From positions 7,379-71,378 of the forward strand of contig CAZOQX010000002.1 of assembly GCA_964582465.1 (NCBI GenBank): a DNA stretch of 64,000 bases. Direction: 5' to 3'. Position 1 is the first letter of the stretch; each line of letters starts with the position of its first letter. The notes beneath the pieces were generated by a model. The model was given only the letters and a program-made list of their open reading frames with translations, was not told the origin of the DNA and searched no databases. This document shows positions 37,446-46,720 of the stretch, one piece after another. A program made the position numbers and the translations under genes. The DNA comes from an uncultured Candidatus Saccharibacteria bacterium. Lineage in GTDB: Bacteria > Patescibacteriota > Saccharimonadia > UBA4664 > CAZOQX01.

Positions 37446-38934
37446 CCCGATACTGCATGGCTTCGGCCAGGTGAGCAGCCGAGATACTTTCGGCTTCCGC
37501 CAGATCCGCGATTGTCCGGGCGACTTTTAACATTCGGAGGTACAGTCTGGCTGATAGGCCCAGGCTGGAGAGGGCTTGCTCGGCCAACTGCTTTGCCGAC
37601 TGATCTAGCGCACAGTAATTTCTGATGTCGGAATTATCCATATCGGCGTTAGTCCGATCGTCGCCGAATCGAGCTTGCTGAACCAATCGAGCGTTTTGGA
37701 CTCGCGTAGCCACGGTTTCGCTGGGCTCGGTCGAGACCCCCTCAATCAGGCTTGATTGCTTCACTCGGCTGACATTTACAATCAGGTCGATGCGATCAAG
37801 TAATGGACCGGAAATTTTGCGGCGATAACGAGTGATTTGACTCAAGCTACAAGAACAATTAGTCGAGCTATCGCCAGCATATCCGCATGGACAGGGGTTT
37901 TGGGTAGCAACCAAGATAAACTTGGCCGGTAAGGTTAGTGAACCGGTCGCTCTCGCGATGGTCACTTGGCCATCTTCGAGTGGTTGGCGTAGAGCTTCGA
38001 GCACACCACGCGGGAATTCCGGTAGCTCATCAAGGAATAGGATGCCGAGATGACTTAAACTAATCTCACCGGGTTTAGGAAAGCGGCCGCCGCCAATCAG
38101 GGCGATGTCGCTGGCTGTGTGGTGAGGGCTGCGGAGGGGTCTGGTTTCAACTACACCATGGACCGCTTGGCCGGCCAGGCTGTGCAGTTTGGTAATCTCG
38201 ATCATCTCTTGGTAGGAAGGTGGGGGCAGCAGGCCAAGCAAGGCCTTAGCGAGCAGCGTCTTGCCTGCACCGGGCGGGCCCGACATCAGTAAATTATGCC
38301 CGCCGGCAGCCGCGATTTCGAGGGCACGCTTAGCCTGCTCCTGACCATAAATCCAGCTCAGATCGGCCGCTCCTGTGGCCATCTGTCCAGCCGGCTTGTG
38401 AGCGCGGCGGTAAGGTGCAAGTGGAGCCTCGCCGATCAGGTGCCGATACAACTGCCGCAAGTTTTCTAGCGGATAGACATCAATCCCCTCAACTAAAGCT
38501 GCCTCGGCCGCGTTCGCCTCGGGCAAAAAGATTTTACTAACCCCGGCGCGTCTGGCTAGCTCAGCGTAGACCAAACTGCCCCGAATCGGTCGCAGTCTTC
38601 CCTCAAGTGATAACTCTCCGACGAAGAGGGTATCGGTGGGTGTCTCTTCAATTTGCTCACTGGCTGCCAGGATGGCTACGGCCATGGCCAAATCGTAGCT
38701 GGTACCATCTTTGGGGAGATCGGCCGGTGCTAGATTTAAGGTGATGCGTTTGGGCGGCAACACGAGATTGCTATTTTTGATGGCGCCGCGAATGCGCTCT
38801 TTGGCTTCATCGACGGCTTTATCGGCCAGTCCGACTATGATTAAAGAGGGCAGACTGTTTGAGAGGTCACATTCAACCTCTACTAATGCTCCTTCGAGTC
38901 CGGCTAGGGCCGGGGCATTGACTTTTGCTAACAT
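37435..38934 (-). CDS. comM: YifB/ComM Mg-chelatase-like AAA+ ATPase
   Basis: NLAPADLPKDG, GPPGAGKT, PHHTAS, LFLDELPEF, SGPLLDRID. Confidence 0.93.
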   Translation of the reverse strand: MLAKVNAPALAGLEGALVEVECDLSNSLPSLIIVGLADKAVDEAKERIRGAIKNSNLVLPPKRITLNLAPADLPKDGTSYDLAMAVAILAASEQIEETPTDTLFVGELSLEGRLRPIRGSLVYAELARRAGVSKIFLPEANAAEAALVEGIDVYPLENLRQLYRHLIGEAPLAPYRRAHKPAGQMATGAADLSWIYGQEQAKRALEIAAAGGHNLLMSGPPGAGKTLLAKALLGLLPPPSYQEMIEITKLHSLAGQAVHGVVETRPLRSPHHTASDIALIGGGRFPKPGEISLSHLGILFLDELPEFPRGVLEALRQPLEDGQVTIARATGSLTLPAKFILVATQNPCPCGYAGDSSTNCSCSLSQITRYRRKISGPLLDRIDLIVNVSRVKQSSLIEGVSTEPSETVATRVQNARLVQQARFGDDRTNADMDNSDIRNYCALDQSAKQLAEQALSSLGLSARLYLRMLKVARTIADLAEAESISAAHLAEAMQYRARV

Positions 38935-38955
38935 GGTTTTCTCCTGTTGCCGGCT

Positions 38956-38985
38956 ATTTTAACCGAACACAAACCGTACAGTCAA
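38956..38985 (-). promoter_or_regulatory. sigma70 promoter containing probable LexA box
   Basis: TTGACT-18-TAAAAT with TACGG-tttgtg-TTCGG (38963-38978). Confidence 0.7.
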
Positions 38986-39051
38986 GCATGAGAGTAATAT
39001 TGTTGTCAGTGATTATTTACAAACTCACAAACTCTTGGTATAGTTAACGCC

Positions 39052-39834
39052 ATGGAAGATAGTGTCGTTCAAAGCTTAGAAGAATTAGGCTTAAGCGAGA
39101 AGGAAGCCAAAGTTTATATGGCAGCTCTGGCGCTTGGGCCTTCGCCGGTACAGAAAATTGCCGATGCAGCCGGCATTAAGCGCGTCACCACTTATGTAAT
39201 TTTGGAATCGCTCACAAATTTGGGCCTCGCCAGTCAGTCCACTCGGGGGAAAAAGACTTACTTCGTGGCTGAAGATCCTATTAGCTTGCGCCGATTGGTC
39301 AAAAAGAAGGAGCAAGAACTGGATGATCAAAAGCAAAACCTGGAGAATATTCTGCCGGCCCTGACAAAACTCAAAAGTCGACCCAAGGAAGTGCCGCAAG
39401 TGCAATTTTATGATAGCGTCGAGGGTATTCGCTCCATCATGGCCTCATTTATTGAGCTCCGGAAGCAGAAAGACGTTAAGAAGCTTTACGGAATTAGTAA
39501 TTTAGATCAGCTCTACAGCTTCTTTCCCGATATGGAGGGAGGGGCAAATCCGGAGCGGATGAAGAGCGGCCTGGCCAGCGAGTTTATCTACACCTATAGC
39601 GGTGGGCCGACACTGAAGGATTCAGACAAGCAGTCGAAGCGCATTTCTAGGTTTGTGCCGCCCGACGTTTTTAGTATTAATGGGGATATTTCTATTTTGG
39701 GCGACAGTGTGGCAATCTTGGCCCTAGGCGGTCAGCGACCGGTTGGTATCACCATCAAGAGCGCCGAGATCTCCAAGGCCATGAAGGCCTTATTCGACTT
39801 GGCTTGGGAAGCCGCGGCCAAATTCAACCAGTAA
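39052..39834 (+). CDS. TrmB family transcriptional regulator
   Basis: LGLSEKEAKVY..IADAAGIKRVTTY..L; C-terminal effector domain. Confidence 0.88.
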   Translation: MEDSVVQSLEELGLSEKEAKVYMAALALGPSPVQKIADAAGIKRVTTYVILESLTNLGLASQSTRGKKTYFVAEDPISLRRLVKKKEQELDDQKQNLENILPALTKLKSRPKEVPQVQFYDSVEGIRSIMASFIELRKQKDVKKLYGISNLDQLYSFFPDMEGGANPERMKSGLASEFIYTYSGGPTLKDSDKQSKRISRFVPPDVFSINGDISILGDSVAILALGGQRPVGITIKSAEISKAMKALFDLAWEAAAKFNQ

Positions 39835-39863
39835 ACCGGTTTTGCTAGTTATAATTTACACTA

Positions 39864-39892
39864 TTGACGTAAGAGGCATCGTTAGGTATACT
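39864..39892 (+). promoter_or_regulatory. sigma70 promoter
   Basis: TTGACG-17-TATACT. Confidence 0.75.
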
Positions 39893-40052
39893 GAGCGCAC
39901 TTGTTCAGGTCACCCAGCACCTTTCTTCTGCTAGATCCCCCTGTCCACGTGCGTCTCGCGAACTTCCCCTAGAGACGATCGTTTGTATCAACCGGACTTC
40001 GCGGTGCGAATCGCGCCCCGTGCGGCCCATCGGACGCCAGGAAAGGGGGATA

Positions 40053-40145
40053 ATGAAGAATGGTCCAGTGATCAGAACAGCGAGACCGCGTCACCGCCGG
40101 AACTGGCGATCCGGCGCATGGCGCACACGGTCTCATCGGAGTTGA
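40053..40145 (+). CDS. putative 30-aa Arg-rich peptide (not in ORF track)
   Basis: SD GGAAAGGGGG; MKNGPVIRTARPRHRRNWRSGAWRTRSHRS. Confidence 0.4.
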   Translation: MKNGPVIRTARPRHRRNWRSGAWRTRSHRS

Positions 40146-40270
40146 TGCGGGAGGGCGACCCACGGTGTTGATCGGCTACGCCGATCTGAGGGGCCGGCCG
40201 CCCCACACCACGCCCCCCGCATCTCTCCGGACCCCAACTAGCGCTTAACGGGCGCCTTTTTTATTTCAAA

Positions 40271-41260
40271 CTAAGCTTTACCCTGATACCACAAGGCGGC
40301 ATATTCTGGGAACACTGCGTTTATAATCATACCGGTTGAGAATTCAAAACCAGCCCGGGGTGTCTTTGGTACTGGTTCTAGCCGCAACATGAAGTGGTGG
40401 TCCAGGCCTAGCGCCGGCTCCTGTAGGTAATAGTTATAGTCGATCTGGGAGTTGTTTAACCGTGAAGTTAGATTCTTAAGTGAGGTCGCGAGGCTCGTGC
40501 GCTCCGCCAGCTGCGCATCTATCAAAGAGGCGAAGTGTCGGCGCGGGATCAGCCAGGCCTCAAAGCGTTTTTTGCTCGCAAATGGGGCAATTATTACCAA
40601 GTTTTTGTCTTCATAAATAATGCGGGCCTTATGCTGAATTTCCCAATCAATAATGTCGCAGACAGGGCAGCGGTCATGCTTCGCGTGATAATCGGCATAG
40701 GCGGCAGCTTCTTGAGCCACCGCCGGAGGAATCATCGGCAAGGCCGAAATCTGGGAGTGCAGATGCGCTCGGCTGGCCCCAGCCTTATGACCGTTGTTAC
40801 GAAAGACGCTGACGTACTTAATTCCGGGGATGGCGGCGAGTACCTTAGTCCGTTGGACGTAGCCTTCGAGTACAGCTTCGATCTGAGCTACCGGTAATTC
40901 GTTAAACTCTACATTGTGCTCCGGCGTATCTAATAAAACTTCTTGTTCACCGAAAGCGTGGGGGTTCGACAGGGTGAGAGAGGGATACTTATTCTTGACG
41001 GCGCGGACTAGCCAGCCACCCTGGCCATCAGGCAAGTCCCAAACTATCGGCTCCATCATATCCTGGCAGTCGCTCGCGTTATGGCGGTGGTCCAGGCCCG
41101 GGTCTTCTTCCTTAAAATCGCGTGGCCTTTGACCACGTTTGGCCGAAAGCAGCACGTAACGCTCTTCATAATAATCTTTGCGGATTTCGGCCTGGGCCGG
41201 TACAGGATCCGCGACGAGAGTTTCAGGCTTAAGTTTAAGCGGTTGACTGTAGGGAGACAT
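40271..41260 (-). CDS. galT: galactose-1-phosphate uridylyltransferase-like protein
   Basis: KRGQRP, NKYP, AGASRAHLHSQ (HxHxQ), CPVC; SD GGTGAGG before MSPYS. Confidence 0.85.
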   Translation of the reverse strand: MSPYSQPLKLKPETLVADPVPAQAEIRKDYYEERYVLLSAKRGQRPRDFKEEDPGLDHRHNASDCQDMMEPIVWDLPDGQGGWLVRAVKNKYPSLTLSNPHAFGEQEVLLDTPEHNVEFNELPVAQIEAVLEGYVQRTKVLAAIPGIKYVSVFRNNGHKAGASRAHLHSQISALPMIPPAVAQEAAAYADYHAKHDRCPVCDIIDWEIQHKARIIYEDKNLVIIAPFASKKRFEAWLIPRRHFASLIDAQLAERTSLATSLKNLTSRLNNSQIDYNYYLQEPALGLDHHFMLRLEPVPKTPRAGFEFSTGMIINAVFPEYAALWYQGKA

Positions 41261-41321
41261 AAACCTCACCATTAGCACTTTCACTAAGCTTAACAGTTAT
41301 GGGGCAGCTTTTGAAGAGGTT

Positions 41322-42467
41322 TTAAGATTTTATAAAGGTTTCAATTAGAAACTTGGCGATGCGATCGCTCTCGTCAGCTTTAAACTCGGAGGCACGCAGG
41401 GCCTGGTTGAACGGCTCAAGAGATTGGGGCTGGGATAAAAACTGCGTCACCAGTTGAGCGGCTCGCCGCGGCGTGGTAGCGATCAGACCGAAGTGGCGGA
41501 GTTGCACTAGCTCGGCGTTGGGCTCTTCCTGGCCCGGCACGATGTCCAAAATCAGATTGGGACGCTTGGCGACGATAGCCTCGTAGACAGAAATCCAGCC
41601 GGCTTTACCCACCACAAAGTCGCTCGCGGCTAGCAGATCGGGCATGTTCGCGACATACCCAAAAACTCGAGTCGGCGTTTTAAAATCAATTTGTCGGAGT
41701 TCTGCGGCAAGCCGACGATTATACCCGGCTACAAATAGGTACTGGGCATTTAATTCCTGAGTAGCGAGCAGGCGGGCCAGCGCCAGCATCTTCGTGCTAA
41801 GGCCGAGGCCGCCACCGTTTATGAGTACGGTTGGCTGGTTGGCGAGCCCCAGTTTGGTGCGGGCTGCAGACTTAGTGGGCAGCCGGCGGAAGCGGGGATC
41901 GAGTGGAAACCCCAGATAGTGGACCCTGCGCGCGCTCAACCCCGCCTGGACCAACAGATCAGCCGTTTCCTTGGTTGGAGCAAGAATGGCGTCCTCGCCG
42001 GCGTAGAGCCAGGCGCTATGCACTTTGCCCGAATCTGTCACCATTGTTACCAGGGGCACTTTAAGGCCGGTTTTCTTTAATGATTGGGCTAAGAAGTGGT
42101 TCACGATCATATAAGTACAAATGATTAAATCGGGGTTTTTAGCCTCAAGATAAGATTCCAGGGTTGGCCGAACCGCCGGCGCCCACAATTGAATAAACTT
42201 TTTAAGCGACTCAAAACGGGTGTCCGAAAGGAAGTAGGACAAGCGAAAAGGGTAACTGCCCAACCACTTCACACTGTTTTCATAGAAGGGCACGGCCAAC
42301 TTTTCGAGCGGCACAATAAACTTTAAGTCCTTAAATACGTCCGCCACTTCCACATCAACTTCTTCCTTATATAGACGCGAAATAGTGGCGGCGAGGGCTC
42401 TAGCTGTCGCTTTGTGGCCGCCTCCAACAGAGGTGGTAACGATTAAAATCTTCTTCTTTGCAGGCAT
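41322..42467 (-). CDS. MGDG synthase/UgtP-like glycosyltransferase (GT28)
   Basis: SVGGGH, MVTD..VHSAW, GGGLG, KAG, PGQEEPN. Confidence 0.88.
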   Translation of the reverse strand: MPAKKKILIVTTSVGGGHKATARALAATISRLYKEEVDVEVADVFKDLKFIVPLEKLAVPFYENSVKWLGSYPFRLSYFLSDTRFESLKKFIQLWAPAVRPTLESYLEAKNPDLIICTYMIVNHFLAQSLKKTGLKVPLVTMVTDSGKVHSAWLYAGEDAILAPTKETADLLVQAGLSARRVHYLGFPLDPRFRRLPTKSAARTKLGLANQPTVLINGGGLGLSTKMLALARLLATQELNAQYLFVAGYNRRLAAELRQIDFKTPTRVFGYVANMPDLLAASDFVVGKAGWISVYEAIVAKRPNLILDIVPGQEEPNAELVQLRHFGLIATTPRRAAQLVTQFLSQPQSLEPFNQALRASEFKADESDRIAKFLIETFIKS

Positions 42468-42531
42468 AATTTAGTCGCGAAGTAATTTCGCTGTATCATG
42501 ATTAGCATAAAGATAATAACCGGAAGAATCA

Positions 42532-43554
42532 ATGCGTCGAGCCCGTTTTAGGACCATAGTTCTGGCCACTTTGGTGCTGTTTGTTGTACTTTTTACCGCA
42601 ACTTGGCTTGGTTTACACAAACTAGAGACTAATAATCGCGCCAAACCGGCCACACTTGGAGTTAGTTTCTCGGATAAATATGCCCGGGAGCTGGGCCTGG
42701 ACCCTCATCAGACGTTTTTGGCCTTGCTCGGCGACTTGAAGATTAAGCATTTGCGCCTGATGAGCTACTGGGACGAGGTCGAGCCGTCCCAAGACCATTT
42801 TGACTATAAGGAGCTAGATTGGCAGCTGGCACAAGCGGCCAAATATCACGCGACCGTGACTCTCGCCATTGGTTTACGCCAGCCGCGCTACCCGGAGTGC
42901 CATTACCCCGGGTGGGCCACCAACTTAAGTTATGATAGTCAGCTTAAAGCCTTGTACACTTACCTGGCCCAAACAGTCAATCGTTATAAAGATAACCACA
43001 CTATCACTAGTTGGCAGCTCGAAAATGAAGCTTTGAACCGAGTGTTTGGTCAGTGCCATGACTTTAACTACGATCGCCTGCAAGCCGAGTACCAACTGGT
43101 AAAACAGATTGATACGGGCCGGCCGGTGATCACCAATTTAAGTAACGAGTGGGGATTGCCGCTGCGCGCGCCGCTGGGTGACCAGATTGGCTTTTCGATG
43201 TACCGGGTGGCTTACATTAAGCCCGTGTGGCACGCCTACTTTTACTACTGGGCACCGGCTTGGGGGCATACGCTGCGTGCTAGAGTGATCCAACGGCTGT
43301 GGCATAAGCCGATTATGATCCATGAGCTGCAGGCCGAGCCTTGGGGCCCGGCGCCAACGGGTCAATTATCGCTGGCGGAGCAGAATAAGAGTATGAATGC
43401 GGCCAAAATTCAGGCAGCCGTAAATTATGCCAAGTCGACTGGGCTTAGTCCGATTTACCTCTGGGGCGGGGAGTGGTGGTACTGGCGCTATACTAAGTTT
43501 CACGACGTCAAACTGTGGCAAACTGTGCAACAGATTTATAAAACTAGCTCTTAA
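42532..43554 (+). CDS. exported glycoside hydrolase, clan GH-A-like
   Basis: TM anchor, YWDEVEP, WQLENE, HELQAEPW, LWGGEWW. Confidence 0.75.
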   Translation: MRRARFRTIVLATLVLFVVLFTATWLGLHKLETNNRAKPATLGVSFSDKYARELGLDPHQTFLALLGDLKIKHLRLMSYWDEVEPSQDHFDYKELDWQLAQAAKYHATVTLAIGLRQPRYPECHYPGWATNLSYDSQLKALYTYLAQTVNRYKDNHTITSWQLENEALNRVFGQCHDFNYDRLQAEYQLVKQIDTGRPVITNLSNEWGLPLRAPLGDQIGFSMYRVAYIKPVWHAYFYYWAPAWGHTLRARVIQRLWHKPIMIHELQAEPWGPAPTGQLSLAEQNKSMNAAKIQAAVNYAKSTGLSPIYLWGGEWWYWRYTKFHDVKLWQTVQQIYKTSS

Positions 43555-43562
43555 AATGCGAG

Positions 43563-43592
43563 GAGCCCTCCACGACGAATCGTGAAGGGCTC
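43563..43592. terminator. hairpin between convergent genes
   Basis: GAGCCCTCCACGA...TCGTGAAGGGCTC. Confidence 0.65.
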
Positions 43593-43612
43593 TCTCGGAC
43601 AGACTTGGTGTA

Positions 43613-44398
43613 TCAGGGCTCGTGGTGGTAGATGCCCTCGGGTGGCATGCCCGTCGGGAAGGGCTGATGCCCGCGGAAGATCTGCGGCTTCATCAGCTCC
43701 CGGTACCGCGCGATGCCGTCGGCCGTTTCCGGGATCCGAACACGACTCGGGTCCAGGTTGTACCGTTCGTCCTTCTTCCAGTCGTGAGCCGAGGCGTACC
43801 ACTGCTGGTACCACGGCCGCACGAACATGATCAGGAAGAGCATGCAGGCGATCGTCCAGCCCTGGCGGGCCAGGTTGGCTTCGACTGCCGCCACCACGGC
43901 GTGTCCGGTGACGGTGCCATGCTCGAGCCCCGTCACCAGTCCGCTCAGCGCTGCAACCACCGTGGACATGGTCCAGGCGACGTAGTAGCTGAGCGGCAAG
44001 TGGAGAAAGCTAGGCTCCTGAGCGAACCACCACACCCGGTAGGGGAAGTCGCGCAGCCGGTACGCCGGGTTCAGGACGAACCAGGCGAAGTCCCAGGCTG
44101 AGGCGAACATCAGGTAGATCGCGAGATCCTTCAGCACCTCCGACCAGCTCCAGCGCCCCGATGAAACCATGGGGTAGAGGAGCCAGACCAGGGGGGTCGC
44201 GAAGAGGAACGCGTGGTAGCCCGTGAGGGGCTTCCCCGTGAACCTGATCCACACCCTCGCTGCCACCGAGCTGCGGCGGTAGAAGGTGGGGAATCGCTCC
44301 GCCCACCCGTAGGGTCCTTCGGCCTCGATTTCGAAGCCGGCGAACAGGAACTCGAGCAGGAACAGCCACAGTGCCGCGTACAGCGGGTGCATGTCCAT
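43613..44398 (-). CDS. multi-pass membrane protein (GC-rich orphan)
   Basis: TTGACG-17-TATATT promoter, SD GGAGGTG, EIEAEGPYGWA..PT and WDFAWFVLNP motifs. Confidence 0.75.
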   Translation of the reverse strand: MDMHPLYAALWLFLLEFLFAGFEIEAEGPYGWAERFPTFYRRSSVAARVWIRFTGKPLTGYHAFLFATPLVWLLYPMVSSGRWSWSEVLKDLAIYLMFASAWDFAWFVLNPAYRLRDFPYRVWWFAQEPSFLHLPLSYYVAWTMSTVVAALSGLVTGLEHGTVTGHAVVAAVEANLARQGWTIACMLFLIMFVRPWYQQWYASAHDWKKDERYNLDPSRVRIPETADGIARYRELMKPQIFRGHQPFPTGMPPEGIYHHEP

Positions 44399-44498
44399 TT
44401 CGTACACCTCCAAGTTGTCCGAAGGTTCAGGAATGCCGGATTGGCACTCGAAGGCGTTAATATAGCATAATTCTTCCAAAACGTCAATGCTTAACAGG

Positions 44499-44527
44499 TT
44501 GAAGTTTAGACATTCCTCTGCTAAGAT
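44499..44527 (+). promoter_or_regulatory. ssrA promoter
   Basis: TTGAAG-17-TAAGAT with TG extension. Confidence 0.6.
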
Positions 44528-44644
44528 ATATTTCTTAGCGACGAACCAAACCAGGCTATAGCCGTTTGGGTCGTCGAGAGGAGAAACTGAGCGCAGGCGA
44601 CAAGTAAATTAGTTTTACTTCAGCCGGAAGCTCAGTTTGGACGA

Positions 44645-45017
44645 GGGGCTGACATAGCTTCGACGTGAGTACATTTACAGACTATTTAGCAGGTCGGCTG
44701 GGGGCGTTACCTCCAATCTCAACAACCGAGAACTTTGTAGCTAAGCTGAAGAGCCTTTTCCAGGTTCCTCAAGCCGCTTTTGCCCTAGCTTAAGTCTAGA
44801 GCCATCGGCACCTGACACCAGATAGGGGTCTGCCGGTGCCAATCATCTGGTTGCCTTGCTTCTGCTTGCTCAAGCGCTGTAAGTAAGATATAGAGCTGGA
44901 TCACCGCTTGTTTGTGAGTTTTGCGGACGGTGATTGAGAGGATCAAATCTCACTAAACCTGTAGAATGATAGTTTGTTAGCTTGCGGACCGGGGTGCGAT
45001 TCCCCGCAGCTCCACCA
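44645..45017 (+). ncRNA. ssrA: tmRNA
   Basis: 5' GGGGCTGA, 3' T-arm and CAGCTCCACCA; tag frame ..ENFVAKLKSLFQVPQAAFALA*. Confidence 0.95.
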
Positions 45018-45022
45018 AAAGG

Positions 45023-45050
45023 GAATCTGACGAAATTCAGGTTCTTTTTT
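45023..45050 (+). terminator. ssrA terminator
   Basis: GAATCTGA...TCAGGTTC followed by T6. Confidence 0.8.
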
Positions 45051-45142
45051 GATTCAAAGAAACGATCCGCCCCATTCTACAATTGACTTTTCATTACTCT
45101 TATGCTAGAATAACTCTCAACGACCTCGGAAAGGGGGCAGAA

Positions 45143-45601
45143 ATGCCGGGTTTGTGGTTCTTCTTCAAGGCCAGGTGGGCCCTGCGCAAGCAGCTTCGCG
45201 GTCTGAAGGTTCGTCGTTTCAACGGCGAATTGACGATCCGCGGGGTCACGCTACACCAGGTGGGTTCCCCCAAGAGCGTGCATCGCGCCCTCGGCAGCTC
45301 GGACGGCTGTGTTGGTCCTCAGTACACGGGTTACCCGTCCGGCATCGTCACCAGCTACTACAGCGAGGACTACGACGGGCAGTCGGTGACGGATGCGACC
45401 TACGCCCTCGTCGTCGACCAGATCGGTCGTGCCGGGTTCATGCGGCATTACGGCGTGGCTGACACGGAGCTGGTCTCCTGCGTGTACATCGCAGCGGGCT
45501 GTGACATCCGTCGACTGGCCCTACTCCTCGGGAAGTACTCCCGGGCGGGACACATCAACTTCGACCGCTACCGGCGGCCGGCGGAGATGCTCTCCGCCTG
45601 A
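45143..45601 (+). CDS. hypothetical protein (GC-rich orphan)
   Basis: TTGACT-17-TAGAAT promoter, SD GAAAGGGGG, downstream hairpin. Confidence 0.7.
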   Translation: MPGLWFFFKARWALRKQLRGLKVRRFNGELTIRGVTLHQVGSPKSVHRALGSSDGCVGPQYTGYPSGIVTSYYSEDYDGQSVTDATYALVVDQIGRAGFMRHYGVADTELVSCVYIAAGCDIRRLALLLGKYSRAGHINFDRYRRPAEMLSA

Positions 45602-45782
45602 TCAATTGCCCGCTGAAGCATTCGTTTTCAAGAACGTCTGCCTCGGCGGGCGTTCTGTTTTTTACAACAGTTTTACCAGATATAACAAATCAAGCGTTTT
45701 AACGAAAATTGACACAATTATCACGTTTTTGTTGTAAAGGTTAACCTTTATCGCTTGTGGCAGAAAGGGGATCATAGCATGC

Positions 45783-45968
45783 ATGTGCACAGAAATTTAT
45801 GAAGAAGCATGCGAGGATTGTCAGGGCCAGCTAAGGCTTATCTTCCGCCACAAAACAGAAGATCTGGGCTGTAGCGCCATTTACGTCTGTATAAGCTGTA
45901 ATCAGAACTATTCTATTATTATTCCGCCAGTTTGCTCCGCCAGCTTGCCACATCTATCAACCGCTTAA
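45783..45968 (+). CDS. small Cys-rich putative zinc-binding protein
   Basis: SD GAAAGGGG; CEDC...CISC plus three further Cys. Confidence 0.55.
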   Translation: MCTEIYEEACEDCQGQLRLIFRHKTEDLGCSAIYVCISCNQNYSIIIPPVCSASLPHLSTA

Positions 45969-46013
45969 GACTGTTACAAATCAAAAAGAGGTGCCCTGGG
46001 CAAGGGAACCCTC

Positions 46014-46523
46014 TTACAGCAGCCCGGTCACCTTCAACCAGGCTTGGTTCTGATCGGCGAGCAACTGGGTCATGTTTCGGAAGATTGATTCCAGCACAAG
46101 CCCCATTGTCTCACCGAGGTGATCCCACTGCGCGAGGCCAACGACAGCTCGTATGGCAGCCAGCTGCTGAAGGGCGAAGTGGGACGAAGCCGGGACCAGT
46201 GTGCCGCGACGGGTAATGACCACCTCTGATCGATTTGACAGCCAGTGTGGGCGAGTCGACCAGCGCTTGATAACTGATTCGAAGAATGCCTGGCGATGCT
46301 CATCATCGAAGCCAATTAAGTCGAGGCTCGAGAGAGTACAGCCCAATTTCGTGCTGCCGTCAGCGAACACGAAGTAGGCAGCCTCGGGCTCGGCCCGGTG
46401 CAATGATGCCAGGATCTCGTACCCGTATTCCAGAGGCGACTTGGCGTCACCCCGGATCACCAGCCGGCCAGCTTCGAGTAAGGCAGCTAGCCGGCCTGGA
46501 TTCATCGGAGAACCTCTTGCCAT
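46014..46523 (-). CDS. hypothetical protein (orphan)
   Basis: SD GGAGG before MARGS; ends in shared hairpin near 45986-46015. Confidence 0.55.
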   Translation of the reverse strand: MARGSPMNPGRLAALLEAGRLVIRGDAKSPLEYGYEILASLHRAEPEAAYFVFADGSTKLGCTLSSLDLIGFDDEHRQAFFESVIKRWSTRPHWLSNRSEVVITRRGTLVPASSHFALQQLAAIRAVVGLAQWDHLGETMGLVLESIFRNMTQLLADQNQAWLKVTGLL

Positions 46524-46720
46524 TTCAATCCTCCAATCGTCTAAGGCCCCACTTACACTTCGGCCATTGACTATGGACCACTTGCATCCCTTGCCCAGGG
46601 TGATTTGATGATACGCCCTCCAGGAAGGGGCAGCAAGCATTTATTGACCGTAAGCGGTTTTTATGGTATAAACAGCAAGACGTTTGCCAACCCGGCAAAC
46701 CCGGACCCTGAGGAGGGTTC

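Noticed and set aside
44584-44638. SRP RNA or c-di-GMP riboswitch
   Set aside because: CAGG and GGAAGC fragments occur, but the helix-8 GNRA arrangement and riboswitch consensus are absent.
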